A program made the translations under genes and the position numbers. 64,000 nucleotides of DNA from a bacterium (lineage in GTDB: Bacteria > Krumholzibacteriota > Krumholzibacteriia > G020349025), in contig JANLSU010000001.1 of assembly GCA_031362565.1 (NCBI GenBank), positions 32,524-96,523 of the forward strand. Reading direction: 5' to 3'. Shown here in pieces: positions 57,504-64,000 of the stretch. Within the stretch, counting starts at the first letter, position 1. Every line of letters begins with the position of its first letter. The notes under the pieces were generated by a model. It searched no databases, was not told the DNA's origin, and saw only the letters and a program-made list of their open reading frames with translations.

Positions 57504-57839
57504 TTACATCGACAACTTGTGCACGTGGTTCCGCATTTGGACCCCGTGAACGAGCGATGCCCCGCCGCGAATGGCGGCGGCCACGTGCACGGCCTCGGTC
57601 ATTTGCTCCGGGCTGGCGCCTTTTTCCAGGCTACCGCTCGAGAAGGCGTCAATACAGTAGGGACACTGAACCGCATGTGCGACGCCCAAGGCGATCAGCG
57701 ACTTTTCGCGCTCGCTGAGCGCGCCCTCGGCGAACACCGCCGAGTACCAGGCGAGGAATTTTTTCCACAACTCGGGCGCTTCCTCACCCATTTCGGCAAA
57801 GCGGCCGAGGTCACTGGCGTCGTAGTAGTGGTCGGACAT
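57504..57839 (-). CDS. AhpD/CMD-family peroxidase-like protein associated with ArsS
   Basis: YYD..DL..F, GALSEREKSLIALGVAHAVQCPYCIDA, GGASLVHGVQM; directly upstream of arsS. Confidence 0.88.
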   Translation of the reverse strand: MSDHYYDASDLGRFAEMGEEAPELWKKFLAWYSAVFAEGALSEREKSLIALGVAHAVQCPYCIDAFSSGSLEKGASPEQMTEAVHVAAAIRGGASLVHGVQMRNHVHKLSM

Positions 57840-58095
57840 CGGTCACTCCTGGGCTCGAGGAACCTGGCGCGAAGCCTTGGCGGAGGGCAGAGGGGCCGGT
57901 CAAGCCGCCCGGGTTGGGGCTGCGCCCGACCCATTCCGCCCCGGCACCGAGCCGAGCATAGAGACGCCACCTGGGGGCTGTCCAGGCGCGGCGCGGCGCG
58001 ACGGTCCGAGACGGCGGCGCATCTCCCCAGAGCGGCAACCACGCTGGGCGGCGGCGCATTCCCTGCGGTGCGGCGCTGCCACGCAAAATCTTCTT

Positions 58096-58121
58096 GGAAC
58101 CCCTTTCGCGCCCGGACCGTA
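58096..58121 (+). promoter_or_regulatory. ECF-sigma-like promoter
   Basis: GGAAC (58096-58100), 17-nt spacer, CGTA (58118-58121) upstream of the STAS pair. Confidence 0.45.
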
Positions 58122-58242
58122 TCCAGAGACGAGAGCAACGTCGAAAAGCCGGCGCGCGCCGATGTCCCCCTCATCGGTGCGCCCGACGTCTGCGGCATTG
58201 AAGCGGTGCCGGGCGTTGTGCCGAGTCAAGGAGTGTTCCCCC

Positions 58243-58629
58243 ATGCACGTCCAGGTCGAACAACTGCATACCATCGCTTTCGTGCGCCCCATCGGCCGGT
58301 TCTACGGCGGCAACGAAACATCCGAACTCGAACACAAACTGGGTGCGGTGCTCGACGGGACCCGCAACGTCATCATCGATCTTGAGCGCACCCGCGACCT
58401 GAACAGCATTGCCATTGGCGTGCTCATCGGGGCGCATCGGCAGGCCGCCAAACACCGCACCCAACTGGCGCTCTGCAACGCCGATCTCGGCATCGAAAAC
58501 ATGCTGGCGATCATGCGCCTCGTGAATGTCCTGCCGGTGTATCCCGATGTTGCGACAGCGGTTGCCGCGTTCGGGCGACGCCCCGCCGGAGCCGAACCGC
58601 CGGCCCTCGAGGCACCCACCACAGTCTGA
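58243..58629 (+). CDS. STAS domain anti-sigma factor antagonist
   Basis: VIIDLERTRDLNSIAIGVL; AAGGAG RBS. Confidence 0.85.
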   Translation: MHVQVEQLHTIAFVRPIGRFYGGNETSELEHKLGAVLDGTRNVIIDLERTRDLNSIAIGVLIGAHRQAAKHRTQLALCNADLGIENMLAIMRLVNVLPVYPDVATAVAAFGRRPAGAEPPALEAPTTV

Positions 58630-58731
58630 TGAAATGACAGCCGCGGGCGGCACTGCTATGCTGCCGGACGCCTCGAGGGTCCGCAGCGCGGGCCCGATCG
58701 TTCTCCGCACCACCGATGGAAGGAGTCCTGT

Positions 58732-59076
58732 ATGGCATTTCTGACGGAAAAAATCGGTGATGTCGTCGTCGTGATCCCCGAAGGCATGATGAAGGGTGAC
58801 ACCGAAACCACCCGGGTCGAGTCCGAGTTGCGGCGGCTCTTGCAAGGTGGCCAGGTCAAGATTCTCCTCGACCTCCGCAAGACAACGCACCTGAACTCGC
58901 TCGCGATCGGCATGCTCGCGGGTCTGCACACGAGCGCCGTCAATCGCGGCGCGCGCTTCGCCGTTTGCAACGTCGAGCGCCGGATTCAGAACACCCTCAC
59001 CATCGTGCGCCTGGTCAATGTCCTCGAGGTGCACGACACGCGTGAGCAGGCGCTAGTGGCTCTCGCCAAAGTCTGA
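58732..59076 (+). CDS. STAS domain anti-sigma factor antagonist (paralog)
   Basis: ILLDLRKTTHLNSLAIGML; GAAGGAG RBS. Confidence 0.87.
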   Translation: MAFLTEKIGDVVVVIPEGMMKGDTETTRVESELRRLLQGGQVKILLDLRKTTHLNSLAIGMLAGLHTSAVNRGARFAVCNVERRIQNTLTIVRLVNVLEVHDTREQALVALAKV

Positions 59077-59111
59077 GCGTGGTATGACACGGCCCGGGGC
59101 GGCGCCCGCCG

Positions 59112-59882
59112 TCAGGCGGCGCGCTTCTTGGGCTGGATGACGAAGATGCCCGCCAATTCGGTGCGCAGCGTCAGCGGATCGAGCCGCAGGCGCAAACGGC
59201 CGTCCATCGCCAGCGAGATCGTGCGGGTTTCCTCCGACACCACGATGACGACGGCATCGGTTTCCTCGGCGATACCAAGCGCCGCACGGTGCCGGGTGCC
59301 GAGCGTCGATGCCAAGCGCGGATTGGTGGTGAGCGGCAGGATACAGCCCGCCGCGACCAGTTGATTGCCGCGCACGATCACGGCGCCATCGTGGAGCGGT
59401 GTCGGTGGCGTGAAGATGGTCTCCAGCAATTCGCTCGTCACCCGGGACTCGATCCGGGTGCCGGTTTCTTCGTAGTGCCGGAGTTCCGCTTCGCGCTCCA
59501 GCACGATGAGCGCTCCCAAGCCTTGCTCGGCCAAGCGCGCCACCGCGTTGACGATCTCACCGATCGGCTCGGCACCGTCCGTGCGGATGAAATTCCGCAG
59601 CACCCGGTGCGCTCCGAGTGACGCGAGCGCCCGCCGCAGTTCCGGCTGGAACAGGATCACGAACGCGATGACCCAAACCGTCTTCAAGTTCGACACGATC
59701 CAGTTGAGCCCGTCCAGGCCCAACATGGAGCCCGCGACTGAAGTCACCATGAGCACTGCGAGCCCGAAAAACATCTGTGCCGCGCGCGTGCCGCGCACGA
59801 GCAGCAGCACGTGATAGAACACGAATGCCACCAGCGCGATGTCGGCAACGTCGAGCAGGCTGCGGAATCGCTCCACGAACAT
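59112..59882 (-). CDS. cdaA: Diadenylate cyclase
   Basis: Three N-terminal TMs, ILFQPELRRAL, PLHDGAVI, LGTRHRAALG, VVSEET. Confidence 0.93.
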   Translation of the reverse strand: MFVERFRSLLDVADIALVAFVFYHVLLLVRGTRAAQMFFGLAVLMVTSVAGSMLGLDGLNWIVSNLKTVWVIAFVILFQPELRRALASLGAHRVLRNFIRTDGAEPIGEIVNAVARLAEQGLGALIVLEREAELRHYEETGTRIESRVTSELLETIFTPPTPLHDGAVIVRGNQLVAAGCILPLTTNPRLASTLGTRHRAALGIAEETDAVVIVVSEETRTISLAMDGRLRLRLDPLTLRTELAGIFVIQPKKRAA

Positions 59883-59927
59883 CTCCCCGATGAGGATCGC
59901 GCCGGCGGCGCGGCGCTTCGACCCGCA

Positions 59928-60809
59928 TCATTGGGCCGCGGGGGACGCAGGGTCAAGCGCATCGAGCACACGGAAGAAACGGCGTGCGGCGCGCACATCG
60001 TGCACCCGGAGCATTTCCACCCCGGCGGCGCGGCAATGGGCGGCGATCGCCAGATCGCCCTCCGTGCGGAGTTCGGGATTGGGCTCGTCGAGTAGGGCGC
60101 CCACGAAGCGTTTCCGCGACGCACCCACCAGCAGCGGACAGCCGCTGGCGCGCAGCGCATCCAGATGGGTGAGGAGCGCCAAATTGTGCTCGGTCCGCTT
60201 GCCGAAGCCGATGCCGGGGTCGACGATGACGCGATCCGCCGTCACGCCGGCCCGGACCAGGTCCGCCAGCCGGGCCTCGAGCCAGGCGCGGACTTCCGCC
60301 ACCACGTCGCCATACTCCGGCGCCTCCTGCATCGTTCGCGGCTCGCCCTGCATGTGCATCAGCACGACGCTGCACGCCGAACCGGCGACCATCGGCAAGA
60401 GGGCTGGATCGAAGCGAAATCCGCTCACATCGTTCACGACGTCCACGCCATGGTCGAGCGCCACCCGCGCGACGGCCGCTTTCGTCGTATCGATCGACAG
60501 CGGCACGTCGACGCGGGCCCGAAGTGCAGCCAAGACCGGCACGATGCGCCGCAATTCCTCGTCGACTGGTACGGGCGCGGCCCCGGGGCGGGTCGATTCG
60601 GCGCCCACATCGAGCCCATCGGCACCGTCTTCCACGAGCTGCAGCGCGTGGTGGACCGCCGCGTCATGATCCAGGTATCGGCCGCCATCGGAAAAGCTGT
60701 CGGGTGTGACATTGACGATGCCGATGAGCAGCGGGCTGCGGCGGCGCGGCACGGTGCGCAATCCCATGCGCAGCACGGGCGCCGGCGGTTTGTCGTCGCG
60801 GGTGTTCAT
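59928..60809 (-). CDS. folP: Dihydropteroate synthase
   Basis: [47 protein letters not shown]. Confidence 0.96.
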   Translation of the reverse strand: MNTRDDKPPAPVLRMGLRTVPRRRSPLLIGIVNVTPDSFSDGGRYLDHDAAVHHALQLVEDGADGLDVGAESTRPGAAPVPVDEELRRIVPVLAALRARVDVPLSIDTTKAAVARVALDHGVDVVNDVSGFRFDPALLPMVAGSACSVVLMHMQGEPRTMQEAPEYGDVVAEVRAWLEARLADLVRAGVTADRVIVDPGIGFGKRTEHNLALLTHLDALRASGCPLLVGASRKRFVGALLDEPNPELRTEGDLAIAAHCRAAGVEMLRVHDVRAARRFFRVLDALDPASPAAQ

Positions 60810-60925
60810 GGCGGCGAAGGTACGAGTGCAAAACCAGGCGCGTCAAGGCGCGCCTGAACGGCGGGTCTGTGTTACGATTCGCAAAACCGGGTGTGCGAAG
60901 AGGCCCACCCTTGGAGGAGAAATCG

Positions 60926-61963
60926 ATGCCTTCGTCGCCTCGGAGCCGCCGCCCACGCTCGACCCGTGCGGGCACCAATGCCCCCGTCATGGCCTTTTCG
61001 GCGGATGGCCGCTGGTGCGAACTGGACGGCGTGCGTTTTCACCTCGCCAAAGCCGACTCGACCGAACGCGAGTGGATCGGCCAGCAAGAAATCCTGCGCC
61101 AACTCCTCGCCTGTTGGCTGGTCGTGGACGAGCGTGATTCGCCGCTCACGCCGCGCATCAAGGGCATTCCCGGCATCGGCAAGACGACGCTCGGCATGGC
61201 GGCGGCACGTCAGCTGGGCCAGGATCTCTATATCTATCAATGCACGTCCGACACACGGCCCGAGGATCTGCTGATCACACCGGTCTTGGCCGAAGCCGGC
61301 AAGATCGTCTATCACGCCTCGGCACTCGTTTCGGCGATGGTGCGCGGCGCCATTTGCGTTCTGGATGAAGGCAATCGCATGAACGAAAAGAGCTGGGCAT
61401 CGTTGGCGCCGCTCTTCGATCAAAGGCGCTATGTGGACAGCATCATCGCCGGAATTCAGATTCCAGCGCATCCGAACTTCCGGGCCTGCGTCACCATGAA
61501 CGAGGATGAATCGACCTTCGAAATCCCGGACTACATCCTGTCACGCTTGCAGCCCACACTCGAAGTGGCGTTTCCAGCCCGCGAGGACGAGGTGGCGATC
61601 CTCGAATACCACCTGCCGTTTGCGGAGGCGGAACTCGTCAGCATGACGGTGGATTTTCTGCAACGCGCTCATGGCTTGGGGCTCGACTTTTCGCCGCGCG
61701 ACGGCGTGCACATCCTGCAGTTCGCGATCAAACGCCGGGCGCAGGACCCCAAGCACCCGTTGTCGCGCGATGACGCTTGGAAGGAAGCCGTGCTGCGCGT
61801 CCTGGGCGAGGAGGCTCTGGAACTCGAGACTCTGGCCGAGAAGCGCCGGCGGAACGAGGGGCTGAATCGCGCGCCGCTCGGTCTGGGCGACTTCTTCTTC
61901 GATCCTGACGACCCGTTGCATCCCGACCGTACGGATGACGACGACGAGGACGAAGATTCCTGA
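60926..61963 (+). CDS. MoxR-like AAA+ ATPase
   Basis: Walker [10 protein letters not shown], Walker B CVLDEG, AHPNFR..TMN, LSRL; acidic tail; GGAGGA RBS. Confidence 0.85.
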   Translation: MPSSPRSRRPRSTRAGTNAPVMAFSADGRWCELDGVRFHLAKADSTEREWIGQQEILRQLLACWLVVDERDSPLTPRIKGIPGIGKTTLGMAAARQLGQDLYIYQCTSDTRPEDLLITPVLAEAGKIVYHASALVSAMVRGAICVLDEGNRMNEKSWASLAPLFDQRRYVDSIIAGIQIPAHPNFRACVTMNEDESTFEIPDYILSRLQPTLEVAFPAREDEVAILEYHLPFAEAELVSMTVDFLQRAHGLGLDFSPRDGVHILQFAIKRRAQDPKHPLSRDDAWKEAVLRVLGEEALELETLAEKRRRNEGLNRAPLGLGDFFFDPDDPLHPDRTDDDDEDEDS

Positions 61964-62023
61964 GCGTTTGGCCGCAAGCCCGGGCCCGCGGCCGCGAAGC
62001 GCCGAACGCGACGAGGATCGCGC

Positions 62024-63868
62024 ATGACGATGGACTCCCACGCCGATATTTTCACGTTCTCGCCGCGTATTACCGCGTTTCCGGTCGTCCACGGCAGCGG
62101 CGACTATGCACAGGAAGTACGCCGGGTGTTGCTCGCCCGGCGCTTCGATTGCGTCGCGGTGCCGCTGCCGCCGTCGTTTCAACGCGAAGTCGAGCGCGCC
62201 GTCGAGATGCTGCCGCAAGTACACATCGTGGCGCAAAAATTCGCCGACGGTGAGTCGGCGAGTTACGTGCCCATCGAGCCGTGCCAGCCCGTCATCGCCG
62301 GGTTGCGCATCGCCCTCCAAGAACGCATCGCGCGCGCCTTCGTGGATCTCGAGGTGCCGCGCTACGAGCCGCACAGCGAAATCTCGCCTGATCCGTACGC
62401 CCTGAAGGAAGTCGCGCCCGAACGCTTCGCCGCGGCGTTGCTGCCGTTCTTGTCGGCGCCGGACGCCGACTCGCAGCGCGACGCCCGGATTCGCCGCATG
62501 GCGTTCGAACTGCACCGGCTCGAACTCGAGCACGAGGCGATTCTTTTTCTGCCGGCCATCCAGGACTGGCCCTGGATTCGAGATGCCTACCGAGCCCGGG
62601 CGCCGTATCCGGAACCGCAGCCGTCGTGGCACCCGCCCCAATCCTACAAAGTCCAGCCGCAGACACTCTTCTTCGTCTTGGGCGAGCTGCCGTTCGTGAC
62701 CTATCTGTACGAAAAGCGCCGGCGCGAAATGCGTTCCGACGAACACCTCTCGGTGGATGGCGTCAAGGAACTGCTCGTCGAAGCGCGCCGCCGCTGGGAG
62801 TCGGAGCGCCGTCCGGAGTCGCGCTGGGTGACGCCGCAGCTCTTGCGAACGTGCCTGCAGTACATCCGCAATCTGACCCTTTTGGATGGCCGGCTGACGC
62901 CGGACCTATACACCTTGGCGACCGCCGCCAAGCAGGTGTGCGGCGACGCGTTCGCAATCACGCTCGTCGAAACGGCACGGGACTATCCGCCGCAAACCCG
63001 GCCGCCACTCTTGCAAGCGGCGCAAGTGAGCGCCGATGCCGGCGTCCTGGGGGATGGCGTGCCGATGACGCTGTTGTCGCGCCTGAGCGGGCCGCCACGG
63101 GTCTGGCGGCATCTGTCGCTCAAGCCGCAGCCCGACCCGCGCCACCGGGGCCAGTGGTCGCAACGCTGGAATCCGTTCAAGCAATGTTCGTGGCCGCCCG
63201 AGGACAATCGCATTGAGAGTTTCAACGCCCACGTGCGTGAACAAGCCAAGGCCCTCTTGGCGGAGGATCTGGCACGCAGCGAAAAATTCACCGCCAGTCT
63301 CAAGGACGGGCTCGATCTGCGCGAGACGTTGCGCAATTGGCATTCGGGCGACCTGTACGTGAAGGAGATCCCGCCGAGCCGCGGCACGGTCGAAGTCGTC
63401 TGCTTCCTGTTCGAGGATCCGCTCGACGATGCCGAGTACTCGTGGCGCGCGACTTGGTTCGCGGAGCATCTCGAGGAGTCGACCTTGTGCTTCTGTGCGA
63501 CGCCCTTCGAGAAGAATGTCGTCGGCCCGGGCGTCGCACTCTCCAAGTACGGCGGACTTTTCTTGCTCTTTCCGCCCCGCCCGATCGAGGACATTTGGGA
63601 AGACAAGCGGCTCGCCTTTGCGCGCACGCCGGCCGACCGGTTGGTGGCGGGAGCACTGCTGCACTCACAGGAGCGCTGTATTGTGCTCGTGTCGCCGCGG
63701 CCGCCACGGGCACGGTGGCGGCTCTTGGCGCGGCGGAGCGGGCGGAAGATCCTGCACATTCCGCTTGGGCGGTTCTCGGGGCAGACGATGGAGCGGTTGC
63801 GGCATTTCCACGTGTTGAATGGGCGGGAAGTGCGGACTTGGGCATCGAACTTTGTCCGGGACTTCTAG
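62024..63868 (+). CDS. Hypothetical protein, AAA-ATPase partner (TraB/GumN-like N-terminus)
   Basis: FPVVHGS...EVRRVL...FDCVAVPLP N-terminus; GLDLRETLRNWH; directly downstream of the AAA gene. Confidence 0.7.
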   Translation: MTMDSHADIFTFSPRITAFPVVHGSGDYAQEVRRVLLARRFDCVAVPLPPSFQREVERAVEMLPQVHIVAQKFADGESASYVPIEPCQPVIAGLRIALQERIARAFVDLEVPRYEPHSEISPDPYALKEVAPERFAAALLPFLSAPDADSQRDARIRRMAFELHRLELEHEAILFLPAIQDWPWIRDAYRARAPYPEPQPSWHPPQSYKVQPQTLFFVLGELPFVTYLYEKRRREMRSDEHLSVDGVKELLVEARRRWESERRPESRWVTPQLLRTCLQYIRNLTLLDGRLTPDLYTLATAAKQVCGDAFAITLVETARDYPPQTRPPLLQAAQVSADAGVLGDGVPMTLLSRLSGPPRVWRHLSLKPQPDPRHRGQWSQRWNPFKQCSWPPEDNRIESFNAHVREQAKALLAEDLARSEKFTASLKDGLDLRETLRNWHSGDLYVKEIPPSRGTVEVVCFLFEDPLDDAEYSWRATWFAEHLEESTLCFCATPFEKNVVGPGVALSKYGGLFLLFPPRPIEDIWEDKRLAFARTPADRLVAGALLHSQERCIVLVSPRPPRARWRLLARRSGRKILHIPLGRFSGQTMERLRHFHVLNGREVRTWASNFVRDF

Positions 63869-63879
63869 CTCCCCGAGCG

Positions 63880-63900
63880 CCGAACCCCGAACCCCGAACC
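63880..63900 (+). repeat. Short tandem heptamer repeat (CCGAACC)x3
   Basis: Three exact tandem copies just after the stop codon. Confidence 0.7.
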
Positions 63901-63901
63901 T

Positions 63902-64000
63902 AGTGCGGGGCGGTCTTCGGGGGCGTGCGACCCCCCGCCGACTCAGACAGAACGGACCGCGCCGCGCGCTTCGCGCGCAAATTCGATGCGCGCGCCCTTT
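63902..64000 (+). repeat. Second copy of the REPIN/MITE-like repeat (opposite orientation, cut by window edge)
   Basis: Aligns by eye to the reverse complement of about 55594-55693 with roughly 13 mismatches and one gap over about 100 nt. Confidence 0.8.

Noticed and set aside
63880..64000. CRISPR array start
   Set aside because: Only 7-bp tandem repeats and a dispersed palindrome; no repeat-spacer periodicity and no cas genes

Overview
High-GC bacterial chromosomal window with about 50 densely packed CDSs and no rRNA, tRNA, CRISPR array or transposase that I can recognise. Secreted proteins ending in FlgD-type Ig domains or a short 'W-x-x-V-K-x-x-F' tail suggest an FCB-superphylum candidate lineage (Krumholzibacteriota/Eisenbacteria/Latescibacterota-like); this is an inference. 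Housekeeping genes include queG, moaA, dinB, guaB, mtgA, folP and cdaA. Other content: an SCP2-type thiolase, a Wzx/Wzy polysaccharide locus, a TonB-dependent receptor, a MATE transporter, dispersed arsenosugar-type genes (arsS, AhpD-like, DUF2064), a GTDC1/QTMAN-like glycosyltransferase, large secreted peptidases and a MoxR-like AAA ATPase with a partner. The most unusual element is a putative sigma-54-driven five-gene operon (39093-46950): an MCP-like remnant, a CheA-like pseudo-kinase, an HTH_17 protein, a degenerate STAS-GAF-HD-GYP and an intact REC-GAF-HD-GYP. Nearly all its phosphotransfer motifs are altered. Also notable are a structured putative ncRNA between convergent genes (3316-3409), a REPIN/MITE-like repeat in three copies, an SOS-box-like dinB promoter and a stand-alone ZZ-type zinc finger. 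All family calls come from motif recognition by eye, not database searches. Start codons were chosen from RBS or gene-overlap evidence and are approximate.
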